Source of the DNA: Candidatus Limnocylindria bacterium
Lineage (GTDB): Bacteria > Chloroflexota > Limnocylindria > QHBO01
Assembly: GCA_036555375.1 (NCBI GenBank)
Contig: DATBLJ010000018.1
Coordinates: forward strand, 2,617 to 66,616
Length of the DNA: 64,000 nucleotides
Direction of reading: 5' to 3'
Shown here: piece after piece, positions 49,472 through 58,704 of the stretch
Position numbering within the stretch: position 1 is the first letter of the stretch
How the letters are laid out: each line of letters begins with the position of its first letter
Notes under the pieces: model-generated
What the model was told of the DNA's origin: nothing
Database searches by the model: none
The model's input: only the letters and a program-made list of their open reading frames with translations
Program-made: the position numbers and the translations under genes

Positions 49472-52294
49472 ATGACCGAGGCCGAACGGAAGAGACTGGA
49501 CCACGTCGTCCTTCCGCGGCGGCTTCCCGGCCTGGCGCTGCTCGAGCGCTACTTCCCCTCTCCGGCCGATAACGTCCTCGACGCCGAGCTCGCCTCGTTC
49601 GCGAGCGCCGGTGACACGATCCTCGACCCCTGGTCGGGCACCGGCTGGACCGCGCGCCGGGCCGTGGCGCACGGGATGCGGGTGGTCGCCGCCGAGGCGA
49701 GCCCGTTCGCCCAGATGGCGGCCCAGGCCTTTCTCCTTGCACCCGAGGTCGCGGCGGTGGACGCCGCGTTCGCCCAGCTCGGCTCCTCGCGACGGGTCGA
49801 CATTCCGCTTCGGCAGCACGTCGAGGAGCTCTATGCGTCGCGCTGCCCGAACTGCAACCGGCCAGTCGTCGTCGAGGAGTTCATCTGGCCCCGGGACGGG
49901 GACGCGCCGGGCCGCAAGGTCTACCGCTGCACCGCGTGCGACATCTCGGTCGGCGGCCCCGACGAGCGGGTCGCCCCGGTCGACGAGGCCGACTACGCCA
50001 AGCTCGGCCTCGAGCCGCCGCCACCCGCCCCCGAGGCGCCCGCCATCGAGCCGGCGGCCGATGCCGACGAGGACCTGCCGCCGGCCCCGTTCGGCCTGAT
50101 TGGCGACCCCCTGCCCACCGAGGAGGCGCCGCTCGCCCCGCTGGGGGAGCCCGGCGGTCCACCGCCCCCGCCCGCGCGACCGGCCGACCCGCCGGTGGCC
50201 CTCGGCGCCGAGGAGGGCCCGCGCTTCGCGTCGACCGTCCGCCCGACCCCGATTCCGGCACCGGTCGGGACCGATGTCCGGCAGGGACTCGCCTACCAGC
50301 AGCTCCAGGAACGCTTCCCGGTCCTCGACGAGCGGCGCGACGTCGTCGACGAGGTCCTCGACCTGTACACCTCGCGGAACCTGTACGCCCTCCAGGCGAT
50401 CGCCAACAAGATCGACGCCGAGTTCCACGACCAGCCGATGGCCGCCGTCTTCCGCCTCGCGCTGGCGGGCTGCCTGCTCCCGGCCAGCCGGCTGAACGGC
50501 TACCCGGGGCGGGTCGCCTCGCTCCGGATCGCGGGCGGTCACGTCCGCCAGCCCGCGTCCCGCCACCACCGCGAGGTGAACGTCTGGCGCCTCTTCGAGG
50601 CCGCCTACCAGGACGTGCGCACCGCGCTGACGGCGCTCGGGCGGGATCGGCGGCCGGTCCGCTTTGCCGCCGACCTCGGCGAGCTCGGCGGCATGGGCGC
50701 GGCCAACCTGCTGTGGATCCGCTGCCGACCGGCGGTCGTCGGCCAGTACCTCCCGCCCGACGGGGTCGATCTCGTCATCGGCGCGCCGCCGCCGCCCGAG
50801 AGCGTCGACGAGCTCTCGTTCGAGTACCTCGCCACCGCGTGGCTGCTCGGCCGGGAGGCGGCCGAAACGCTCCGCCTCGAGCCCCTGTTCGGGGGCGCGT
50901 CCCGCGCCGACGGGGCCGAGGTGACCGCCTTCCGCCATGCGATGGCCTCGGCCGCCGGGGCCCTGAAGCCGGGCGGCTGGTTCACGGTCCTGCTCGAAGG
51001 CGACGACCCGGATCGTGTGCTGGCGGTGGCGATGGCCGCTGCCGGCGCCGAGCTCGAGCTCGTCGACGCCATTCCGCGCGAGTCGGCCCGCTCCGGGGAC
51101 GGGGTGACGCTCCACTTCCGCCGCGCGTCGGCCGAGGACCGGCTGCGGGACGCGGTGCGGGCCAAGCCGCTCCGCCTGGGCGCGACCGATGGCCACCTGA
51201 CGTATCCCGAGCTCGCGGGCGCCATCGAGCGGGCGACGGCGTCACTCCTGCGGGAGCGCGGCGAGCCGGCCGGGCTGACCCGGATCGCGTGCGCCGTCCT
51301 CCTCGAGCTCGAGCGGAGCGGCCTGCTGCGGCGGCTCGTCCAGGCCCGGCCGGCGGACGAGGACGCCGAAGTGGGGGAGGAGTCGGTCGTCACCGATCGG
51401 GTCGAGCGCGGCGGTCCGGCCCTGCTCGCCGTCCTGCTGCGCGAGGAGCTGTGGCGCGAGGACCATCCGAGCCTCATCCGGGTCGGCGACCCGCAGCGTC
51501 CCACTTGGTGGCTGCGCGAGCCGGAGCTGGCCGCCGACGGGACGATCGGTGACCGGGTCGAATGGGCGACCTTCTCGCTCCTCACGACCGCCGGCCAGCT
51601 CGACGAGACCGCGTTCCTCGATCGCGTGTTCGCGTTGTTCCCGGGCATCTCGTCCCCGGACGAGGAGCTCGTCCGGGCCTGCCTCGCCGCCTACGCCACG
51701 GTGGGGGACCGCGGCGAGCTCCGGTCCGAGGAGGACCTGGCGACCCGGATCGCGGACCACACTCGGGTCCTGGCCGCGATCGTCGAGTTCGGGCACCGGC
51801 TCGGGCTGCGGGCCTGGGTCAGCCGTCGCGAGCAGGAGCGACCGTGGCAGCAGGGGACCCTCGGCGACCTCCTGAAGGAGGACGAGCGGCGGACCTACCT
51901 CCCGCTCGTCATCCGCGCCCCGGCCGACGTGCTCGGCGCGGTCGACGGCCTGTGGTACGTGCGGAACCGGTCGAGCTACCTCTTCGAGGTCGAATGGACC
52001 GCGATGGTCGGAGAGGCGGTGCTCCGCCGAGGCAGCCAGATTCCGACTTCGGACCAGCAGGCCCGCTTCCTCGTCATCCCCGCCGAGCGCGCCGAGCTGC
52101 TCCGGCTCAAGCTGGCCCGCTCGCCGTGGCTCCGGACCGAGGTCGAGCGCCAGAACTGGCACGTCCTGAAGTGGCCACACCTGGAGGCCCTGATTGGCCG
52201 TGAAGGGGCCCGGATCGAGTGGCTGGAGCCGATGATCGGGCTCGATCCACTCGTGGAGCGCGGGGGCAAGCAGCTGACGATGTTCGGCGAGTGA
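49472..52294 (+). CDS. large multidomain protein: amino-methyltransferase-like fold with an inserted Cys4 zinc ribbon and Pro-rich linker, a degenerate catalytic motif, and an unassigned about 450-aa C-terminal region
   Basis: 940 aa, high GC3. SAM motif I ILDPWSGTGWTARRAV with the following acidic VVAAEASPF. CPNC-x18-CTAC zinc ribbon. Pro-rich spacer. DLVIGAPPPP in place of (D/N/S)PP(Y/F/W), then LKPGGWFTVLL. The C-terminal half has a VDGLW…YLFEVEW PD-(D/E)xK-like pattern with Trp in the Lys position. Confidence 0.7.
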   Translation: MTEAERKRLDHVVLPRRLPGLALLERYFPSPADNVLDAELASFASAGDTILDPWSGTGWTARRAVAHGMRVVAAEASPFAQMAAQAFLLAPEVAAVDAAFAQLGSSRRVDIPLRQHVEELYASRCPNCNRPVVVEEFIWPRDGDAPGRKVYRCTACDISVGGPDERVAPVDEADYAKLGLEPPPPAPEAPAIEPAADADEDLPPAPFGLIGDPLPTEEAPLAPLGEPGGPPPPPARPADPPVALGAEEGPRFASTVRPTPIPAPVGTDVRQGLAYQQLQERFPVLDERRDVVDEVLDLYTSRNLYALQAIANKIDAEFHDQPMAAVFRLALAGCLLPASRLNGYPGRVASLRIAGGHVRQPASRHHREVNVWRLFEAAYQDVRTALTALGRDRRPVRFAADLGELGGMGAANLLWIRCRPAVVGQYLPPDGVDLVIGAPPPPESVDELSFEYLATAWLLGREAAETLRLEPLFGGASRADGAEVTAFRHAMASAAGALKPGGWFTVLLEGDDPDRVLAVAMAAAGAELELVDAIPRESARSGDGVTLHFRRASAEDRLRDAVRAKPLRLGATDGHLTYPELAGAIERATASLLRERGEPAGLTRIACAVLLELERSGLLRRLVQARPADEDAEVGEESVVTDRVERGGPALLAVLLREELWREDHPSLIRVGDPQRPTWWLREPELAADGTIGDRVEWATFSLLTTAGQLDETAFLDRVFALFPGISSPDEELVRACLAAYATVGDRGELRSEEDLATRIADHTRVLAAIVEFGHRLGLRAWVSRREQERPWQQGTLGDLLKEDERRTYLPLVIRAPADVLGAVDGLWYVRNRSSYLFEVEWTAMVGEAVLRRGSQIPTSDQQARFLVIPAERAELLRLKLARSPWLRTEVERQNWHVLKWPHLEALIGREGARIEWLEPMIGLDPLVERGGKQLTMFGE

Positions 52295-52360
52295 TCGGCT
52301 TGACCCTCGCCCGTACACTTCGGACCGGGAGTGCCGTGGTTCCCCCCCGCGGCACTCCCG

Positions 52361-52717
52361 TTACGTTCCCCGGCTGACCCTCCGCGGCGCCGTCGTGGGC
52401 CGCCTCCGGCGCGCCGCCGGGCGGCCCATCGCGCGGCGGACGACCTGCATGACCTCCTGGACGTAGGGCTCGCCCTCGCCGGTCGCGACGGCGTGGGTCA
52501 GGCAGCCGTCGATGTGGTCCTCGAGGACGAGCATCGCGACCTGGTCGGCCGCGGCGGTCATGGCCTCGACCTGTTGGAGGATGTCCAGGCAGTAGGCCTC
52601 CCCCTCGACGAGGCGCTGGACCCCGCGGGCCTGGCCCTCGATCCGGCGGAGTCGGTTCAGGAGCTCCTTCCGGTCCTTCGTGTAGCTGTGGCGGAAGTGA
52701 TCGGCATGCGTGTCCAT
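52361..52717 (-). CDS. CsoR/RcnR-family metal-sensing transcriptional repressor
   Basis: KELLNRLRRIEGQARGVQRLVEGEAYCLDILQQV… with metal ligands (C, H…C region), plus an unusual Arg/Pro-rich C-terminal tail. Start ATG at 52717 (MDTHADH…); the ORF-track TTG at 52756 is less likely. Confidence 0.75.
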   Translation of the reverse strand: MDTHADHFRHSYTKDRKELLNRLRRIEGQARGVQRLVEGEAYCLDILQQVEAMTAAADQVAMLVLEDHIDGCLTHAVATGEGEPYVQEVMQVVRRAMGRPAARRRRPTTAPRRVSRGT

Positions 52718-52732
52718 ACTCCGGTGGAGTAT
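52716..52732. promoter_or_regulatory. perfect inverted repeat ATACTCC-ggt-GGAGTAT overlapping the csoR start codon (candidate CsoR/RcnR operator)
   Basis: 7-bp arms; TACT…AGTA resembles the RcnR/CsoR type-1 operator core. Lies in the csoR / DUF255 divergent intergenic region. Confidence 0.5.
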
Positions 52733-52775
52733 GCGGAGGCACCTTCGCAGGGTCAATCACCGATAGCATGCCGGG

Positions 52776-54821
52776 GTGAATCGGCTCGCCGGCGCGACCA
52801 GCCCGTACCTGCTCCAGCACGCGGACAACCCGGTCGACTGGTACCCGTGGGGGCCAGAGGCGCTCGAGCGGGCCAAGGCCGAGGATCGGCCGATCTTCCT
52901 GTCCATCGGCTACTCGGCGTGTCACTGGTGCCACGTCATGGCCCATGAGTCGTTCGAGGACCCGACCTTCGCCGATCAGCTGAACCGCGACTTCGTCGCG
53001 ATCAAGGTCGACCGGGAGGAGCGGCCCGACATCGACGACGTCTACATGGCCGCCGTCCAGGCAATGACCGGCTCGGGCGGCTGGCCGCTGAGCGTCTTCC
53101 TGACCCCTGACCTCGAACCGTTCTTCGGTGGCACCTACTTCCCACCCGACGACCGCCACGGGCTGCCCGCCTTCGGCCGCGTCCTCGAGGGCGTCCTGGA
53201 GGCATACCGCGAGCGCCGGGGCGAGGTGACGACCGTCGCCGGCCAGCTGGCGGCCCACCTGCGCGAGCAGATGGCGCCGGGTGACGGTGGTGCGGCGCCG
53301 GGCCCGACCGAGCTCGACGGCGCGGTCCGGCGCCTGGCCACCGGCTTCGACCCGGCGCGCGGCGGCTTCGGGCCGGCGCCGAAGTTCCCGGCGCCGATGA
53401 CCCTCGAGCTGTTGCTGCGCCGCTGGCGCGACCACCGCGACGAGGCGACGCTGCGGATGGTGACCGTGACCCTCGATCGGATGGCCGACGGCGGGATCCA
53501 TGACCAACTGGGCGGCGGATTCGCCCGCTACAGCACGGATGCCGACTGGCTGGCGCCGCACTTCGAGAAGATGCTGTACGACAACGCCCAGCTGGCGCAT
53601 GCCTACCTCGAGGCTTTTCGGGCCACCGGCCTGGACCGATACGCCCGCGTCGCGACCGCCACCCTCGACTTCCTGCTCACCGAACTCGCGACCGATGGCG
53701 GCGGCTTCGCCGCCGCGCTGGACGCCGACAGCGAGGGGGTCGAAGGCCGGTTCTACGTGTGGGATGCCGCCGAGTTCGCGCAGGTCCTGGCCGATGCCGG
53801 ACTGTCGACCGCCGAGGTGGCCACGATGGCCGCCTGGTGGGACGTCTCCCCGGCCGGCAACTGGGAGGGCCACTCGATCCTCCGGGTCCGCGGACTGGAG
53901 CCCGACGGCGAACTCGTTGCCCGCGCCCGGGCCGCGCTGCTCGCGCGGCGATCCACGCGGATCCGACCGGGACGCGACGACAAGGCGGTCGCGGCGTGGA
54001 ACGGGCTGGCCCTGCGTGCCTTCGCGCTGGGTGCCCTCGTCCTCGACGAGGAGCGGTTCGTGACCGCCACCCGGCGCCTGGTCGGCTTCGTGCGGGCATC
54101 CCTGGTCCGCGACGGGGATCGGCTGTGGCGCTCGACCCGGGACGCGATCGCCCGCGTCCCGGGCTTTGCGGAGGACTACGCGATGGTCGCCGACGGGCTG
54201 CTGGGCGCGTACGCCGCGCTGGGCGATCCGGCCGACCTCGAGCTTGCCGAGCGGCTGATGGACCGGCTGCTGGCCGACTTCTGGGACGAGGCCGGCGGGA
54301 CGCTGTTCGACACCGGGCCGGAGCACGAGCAGGCGATCGTCCGGCCGCGCTCCCTGGTGGACGGGGCGACGCCCAGCGCCAACTCGGTCGCGGCCGACGT
54401 CTGGCTCCGTCTGGCCCTGCTGAACGGTGAGCCGGAGCATGACCGCCGGGCGCGGCGGATCCTCGAAGCGGTGGGGCCGGCCGTGGATCGGCAGCCGTCG
54501 GCGTTCGGCCGGCTGCTGGCGGCCGCGGACCGCGCCCTGCGGCCCGCCGTCGACGTGGTGGTGGCCGGGGAGCCGGAGGATCCGGCGGCCGTGGCCCTGC
54601 GCCGGGCCGCCGCAGCGCCCTACGCCCCGGACCTGGTCATTGCCGGGCTGCCGGCGGGCGCGGCGGTCAAGGAGCGCCCCCTGTTCGAGGGCAAGACCGC
54701 CCGAGACGGCGTCCCGACCGCGTACGTGTGCCGCGGCTACGCCTGCGACGCGCCGACGACCGATCCCGCGACGGTGACCGAGCAGGTGACCCGGCTGGCC
54801 GCGGTCGAACCCGCTGCCTAG
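52776..54821 (+). CDS. thioredoxin-domain protein, DUF255 / YyaL (SSP411) family with N-acylglucosamine-2-epimerase-like (alpha/alpha)6 domain
   Basis: [21 protein letters not shown]…[16 protein letters not shown]…; 681 aa. Confidence 0.85.
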   Translation: MNRLAGATSPYLLQHADNPVDWYPWGPEALERAKAEDRPIFLSIGYSACHWCHVMAHESFEDPTFADQLNRDFVAIKVDREERPDIDDVYMAAVQAMTGSGGWPLSVFLTPDLEPFFGGTYFPPDDRHGLPAFGRVLEGVLEAYRERRGEVTTVAGQLAAHLREQMAPGDGGAAPGPTELDGAVRRLATGFDPARGGFGPAPKFPAPMTLELLLRRWRDHRDEATLRMVTVTLDRMADGGIHDQLGGGFARYSTDADWLAPHFEKMLYDNAQLAHAYLEAFRATGLDRYARVATATLDFLLTELATDGGGFAAALDADSEGVEGRFYVWDAAEFAQVLADAGLSTAEVATMAAWWDVSPAGNWEGHSILRVRGLEPDGELVARARAALLARRSTRIRPGRDDKAVAAWNGLALRAFALGALVLDEERFVTATRRLVGFVRASLVRDGDRLWRSTRDAIARVPGFAEDYAMVADGLLGAYAALGDPADLELAERLMDRLLADFWDEAGGTLFDTGPEHEQAIVRPRSLVDGATPSANSVAADVWLRLALLNGEPEHDRRARRILEAVGPAVDRQPSAFGRLLAAADRALRPAVDVVVAGEPEDPAAVALRRAAAAPYAPDLVIAGLPAGAAVKERPLFEGKTARDGVPTAYVCRGYACDAPTTDPATVTEQVTRLAAVEPAA

Positions 54822-55231
54822 CCGGGGAGGAACGAGAGCCGCACCCGCCGATCCCCGCGGTCGCGGTTCGGGTCCAGCAGCGCGATCGACTGCCACGTCC
54901 CGAGGGCGAGCTGGCCGGCGAGGACCGGCACGCTCAGGGACGGTCCGGCGAGCAGGGGGAGCACGTGGTCGGCGCCATGGCCCGGCGACCCGTGGGCGTG
55001 GCGGTATCGGTCATCGCGCGGCAGCATTCGGTCAAGGGCGTCGACCAGGTCGGCGTCCGAGCCACTCCCCAGCTCCATGACGACCACCCCCGCCGTGGCG
55101 TGTGGCGCGAAGACGTGGAGCAGGCCGTCGCCGCCGTCGGCGACCTCCGCGACGAACCCCGCGCAGGCATCGGTCAGGTCGTGAACGCGGCGATGGCCCC
55201 CGGTCGAGATCGAAAGCTCCCGGCTATGCAC
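54818..55231 (-). CDS. YjbQ/UPF0047 family protein (secondary thiamine-phosphate synthase-like)
   Basis: 137 aa; conserved [21 protein letters not shown]…[19 protein letters not shown]…G.W. Confidence 0.8.
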   Translation of the reverse strand: MHSRELSISTGGHRRVHDLTDACAGFVAEVADGGDGLLHVFAPHATAGVVVMELGSGSDADLVDALDRMLPRDDRYRHAHGSPGHGADHVLPLLAGPSLSVPVLAGQLALGTWQSIALLDPNRDRGDRRVRLSFLPG

Positions 55232-55264
55232 GTTCGGAGCCTAGCAAGTACGATCCGCGGTCGA

Positions 55265-56227
55265 ATGCCCCCCCGTCCCCTGCGCATCCGGCTGCTGGTG
55301 CTGGGCGCCACCCTGACCGTTGCCGGCTGTGCGCTGTTCAGCCCGAGCCCGACGCCCTCGCCGACCCCGACGCCGACCCCCGTCCCCACCCCGCGGGCGA
55401 CCCCGGGCTTCACCCCGACCCCGATCCCCTCGCCGACCCCGACGCCGCTGAACTCCGCGCTCCTCAATCGGCGGATCACGGTCCTGTTCGCCGGCACCGA
55501 CTCGACGCCGGACCGCGTGGCGAACGGCTATGGCGCGCTCACCGACGCGATGATCGTCGCCTCGGTCAGCGCCGACCGCACCCGACTGGACATGGTTGCC
55601 CTGCCCCGCGACGTGGTCGACATCCCGTTGGGCAACGGCGTGACCTACAACCTGAAGGCCAACTCGATCTACTTCAACTACGGGATGGAGGGGCTCGAGG
55701 GAGCACTCGAGGCGACCTACGGGATCCCGATCGACTACTGGGTCGAGATCAACATGCCCGACTTCCCGGTCCTGGTCGACGCCGTCGATGGGGTGTGGAT
55801 CGACAACCCGTATGGCATCAGCGACAGCCAGATCGGGCTCAGCATCAACCCGGGCGCCCAGCGCATCGACGGCGCGACGGCGCTGCAGTACGTCCGCTCG
55901 CGGTACACGGACAGCGACTACGCCCGGGGCGATCGTCAGATGCAGGTGCTGGCCGCGCTCGCCCACCGCATCATGCTGATGGGGGAGAAGTTCGACCTCG
56001 AGACGATGCTTACCCTCCTGACGACGATGCGGACCAACGCCCCGCTCACCGACCTGCCGACCCTCCTCCAGATCGTCGGCGACGCGGCGGACGCCCAGGT
56101 GACCCGGACCGTGCTCGCTCCGCCGCGGTTCTCGCTCTACACCGGGCTGGTTGCCGGGCGCGGCTACATCCAGATCGGGAACGTTCCGGAGATGCGGGCC
56201 TACGTCCAGTCGCTGATGGGGAACTGA
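55265..56227 (+). CDS. LytR-CpsA-Psr (LCP) family cell-envelope phosphotransferase, lipoprotein form
   Basis: Signal peptide plus lipobox (LVLGATLTVAGC), Pro/Thr linker, LCP core (…ITVLFAGTDS…DAMIVASVSAD…VALPRD…). An alternative ATG at 55226 overlaps yjbQ and is disfavoured. Confidence 0.8.
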   Translation: MPPRPLRIRLLVLGATLTVAGCALFSPSPTPSPTPTPTPVPTPRATPGFTPTPIPSPTPTPLNSALLNRRITVLFAGTDSTPDRVANGYGALTDAMIVASVSADRTRLDMVALPRDVVDIPLGNGVTYNLKANSIYFNYGMEGLEGALEATYGIPIDYWVEINMPDFPVLVDAVDGVWIDNPYGISDSQIGLSINPGAQRIDGATALQYVRSRYTDSDYARGDRQMQVLAALAHRIMLMGEKFDLETMLTLLTTMRTNAPLTDLPTLLQIVGDAADAQVTRTVLAPPRFSLYTGLVAGRGYIQIGNVPEMRAYVQSLMGN

Positions 56228-56246
56228 CTCTCCGACCGGATCCGGG

Positions 56247-56615
56247 CTACTGGCGCGTCCCGCAGTTGAAGCACACGGCGTCCACCGCCCGAATGGTCGT
56301 CCCGCAGGTCGCACAGTCCTTCACGAGGTCCGCCTCGCACCGCACGCAGTAGGCGGCGCCCGCCGGGTGGACCAGCCCGTCGACCGGGCAGAACGGGGCG
56401 CCTGAGGAGAGGGGCACGGCGGCGGCCGGGTCGGGCGCGACCGCCTCGCCGGTGACGGCGTCGGCCTCGATGCCCTTCTGGGAGGCTCGCAGGTAGCCGA
56501 TGAGCAGCCAGGCGATGAACAGGCCCAGGGCCCCGATCAGGGCCAACGGCACGAGGATCGTCAGCCGTTCGGCCCAGCCGGTGGCGAGAGACTCGATCAG
56601 CGACTTCAGGTCCAT
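56247..56615 (-). CDS. membrane-anchored protein with C-terminal Cys-rich zinc-ribbon, hypothetical
   Basis: One TM helix (LTILVPLALIGALGLFIAWLLIGYL), then CPVDG…CVRCE…CATCG…CFNCG. 122 aa. Confidence 0.5.
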   Translation of the reverse strand: MDLKSLIESLATGWAERLTILVPLALIGALGLFIAWLLIGYLRASQKGIEADAVTGEAVAPDPAAAVPLSSGAPFCPVDGLVHPAGAAYCVRCEADLVKDCATCGTTIRAVDAVCFNCGTRQ

Positions 56616-56690
56616 CGGGAGCCGATTCTAGCGCGGTGCCCGGACCGTGGGCCGCTGCTACACTCCGCCAAAGTCCGTAGCCGGTGGCAC

Positions 56691-57767
56691 ATGGCGAGAC
56701 CCCGGATCGATCCTCGCACCCCGCTCAGCGAGCTCCACGTGCACCTCGGGGCGGCGGTCACACCGGCCATCATGTGGGGGATCGCCCACGCGCAGGGGAT
56801 CCGGCTCCCGACCAAGGACTACTGGGCCTTTCGCGAGCTGATCACGCTCGGCCGACGTCGGCGGCGGACCTTCGACGGCTACCTCGACCTCTTCTACTGG
56901 ACCGAGCTCATCCAGTCGAGCCCGATCGCTGTCGAGCGCAGCGTGTACGAGGTCATCGGCGGAGCGTATCGGCGCAGCAACATCACCCGCCTCGAGCTCC
57001 GGTTCAACCCGATGAAGCGCAACCGCGGCGGGGAGCAGGATCTCGACCACATCATCGCGGCCGCCGTGCGAGGCATGGATCGCGCGATCCTCGAGTACCC
57101 GCAGGTCCAGGCCGGGCTCCTGTTCTGCCTCGACCGGGCGTTCAGCCGCGACCTGAACGAGATCCTCGCCGCCAAGGCGATCAGCTGGCGGGCGCGTGGC
57201 GTGGTCGGCGTCGACATCGCCGGCCCGGTGGTCGAGGGCTTCCGCTTCGCCGACTACCGCGACGTCATGGACGAGTGCCGGCGGGCCGGGCTGGGCGTGA
57301 CCGTGCATGCCGGGGAGACGGGGGGCGCCGATGAGGTCGAAGAGGCGCTCACCGCGCTCGAGCCGGCCCGCATCGGTCATGGCATCCGGAGCGCGACCGA
57401 TCCGCGGGTCATGGCCATGCTCCGCGAGCGCGGCACCGTCCTCGAGGTCTGCCCCTCGTCGAATCTGAGCACGGGGGTGGTAGGCAGCCAGGCCGAGCTG
57501 AAGTCCCACCTCCGCAACCTCATCGAGCACCAGGTCGCCTTCTCCCTGTCGACCGACGGCCCGGAGATCCTGGGCCAGTACCTCCGCGACGAGTTCGCGC
57601 TCGTCCTCGGTCGCGGGATCCTGTCCCTCGAGGAGGTCGAGCGCGTGATCGAGACCGGGCATCGGGCCAGCTTCGTGGAGCGCGTTCCGGCCGCCGAACG
57701 CGTCCCGGCCGTCCGCCACCGGAGTCGCGATCCGCGCGCCCGGGTGGCCCTCGAGCTCGAGGTCTGA
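56691..57767 (+). CDS. adenosine/adenine deaminase family metallo-hydrolase (atypical motifs)
   Basis: LHVHLGAA (zinc His-x-His), VHAGE, SLSTDGP in place of SLNTDDP; 358 aa. Confidence 0.75.
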   Translation: MARPRIDPRTPLSELHVHLGAAVTPAIMWGIAHAQGIRLPTKDYWAFRELITLGRRRRRTFDGYLDLFYWTELIQSSPIAVERSVYEVIGGAYRRSNITRLELRFNPMKRNRGGEQDLDHIIAAAVRGMDRAILEYPQVQAGLLFCLDRAFSRDLNEILAAKAISWRARGVVGVDIAGPVVEGFRFADYRDVMDECRRAGLGVTVHAGETGGADEVEEALTALEPARIGHGIRSATDPRVMAMLRERGTVLEVCPSSNLSTGVVGSQAELKSHLRNLIEHQVAFSLSTDGPEILGQYLRDEFALVLGRGILSLEEVERVIETGHRASFVERVPAAERVPAVRHRSRDPRARVALELEV

Positions 57768-57785
57768 ACCGCTAGACTCGGCGGC

Positions 57786-58637
57786 GTGTCGTCGATCTGG
57801 CGGCCGGTCCGTGAACGGAATCCGTCCCGCAGCCTGATGGTGATCGTCGCCCACCCGGGCGACGAGGCGTTCGGGTTTGCCGGGGCCATCGCCAGCGCCG
57901 CCGCCGAGGGCGCCTACGTCGTCGTTGTGTGCGCGACGCGCGGCTATTTCGACCCCCGCGTGACGCTGAAGCCGCCCGCGCCGGGCGGGCGCAACCGCGA
58001 CCTGCTCGAGCCACTCGGCTGGCGGAACCTCGACACCGTCCGCGAGGACGAGATGCGTCGGGCCGCCGCCCTGCTCGGGGTGCGCGTGCTCCGGATGCTC
58101 GACTACGCCGAGGGGGATCTGTCCACGGTCGACTACCACAACCTCGTCGGACGCCTGGTGGAGCCGATTCGGATGCATCAGCCCGAGGTTGTCGTGACGT
58201 TCGGCCCGGACGGGGTGACCGGCGATCCCGACCACGTGACGTTGTCGCGGGCGGTGAGCGACGCGGTCGACCAGGCGGCGGAGCCCTTCGCCTATGAGGA
58301 CGACCTCGAGGAGGACCAGGTCGCCTGGAAGATCGCGAAGCTCTACCACCTCGTCGTTCGCTCGGACGAGCTGACCGTGCTGGGCGGCATGGCCCCGGTT
58401 GGCGACTACGGGTCGACGCCCGAGGCGCCGACGGTGGATCTCACGCTCGGCGACCTCGTCCCGCTCAAGCTGGCCGCCATCGAGCGCCACGTGTCGCAGA
58501 CCGGGTCCGACGGCCCGTTCGCGGGCTGGGACCCGGATCGTCGGGACGCCTGGCTCGCCGACGAGCACTACCGGCTGGCGGTCTCGAACGTCGGCGCGGC
58601 CGGCCCCGAGGCCACCCTGTTCGACGGCCTCGCCTGA
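57786..58637 (+). CDS. PIG-L/LmbE family N-acetylglucosaminyl deacetylase
   Basis: Metal-binding motif VAHPGDE; …VVTFGPDGVTGDPDH…; 283 aa. Confidence 0.8.
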   Translation: MSSIWRPVRERNPSRSLMVIVAHPGDEAFGFAGAIASAAAEGAYVVVVCATRGYFDPRVTLKPPAPGGRNRDLLEPLGWRNLDTVREDEMRRAAALLGVRVLRMLDYAEGDLSTVDYHNLVGRLVEPIRMHQPEVVVTFGPDGVTGDPDHVTLSRAVSDAVDQAAEPFAYEDDLEEDQVAWKIAKLYHLVVRSDELTVLGGMAPVGDYGSTPEAPTVDLTLGDLVPLKLAAIERHVSQTGSDGPFAGWDPDRRDAWLADEHYRLAVSNVGAAGPEATLFDGLA

Positions 58638-58704
58638 GCTCGGCTCGGCCCCGCTTCGGCGGCCCATCCGGCGCTCGGCCCGATCGTCTGATAGGCTCGC
58701 AGCG

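Noticed and set aside
52361-52756. Functional link between the CsoR-type repressor and the NiSOD locus
   Set aside because: The two loci are 16 kb apart with many unrelated genes between them. The CsoR more plausibly controls its own divergent region.
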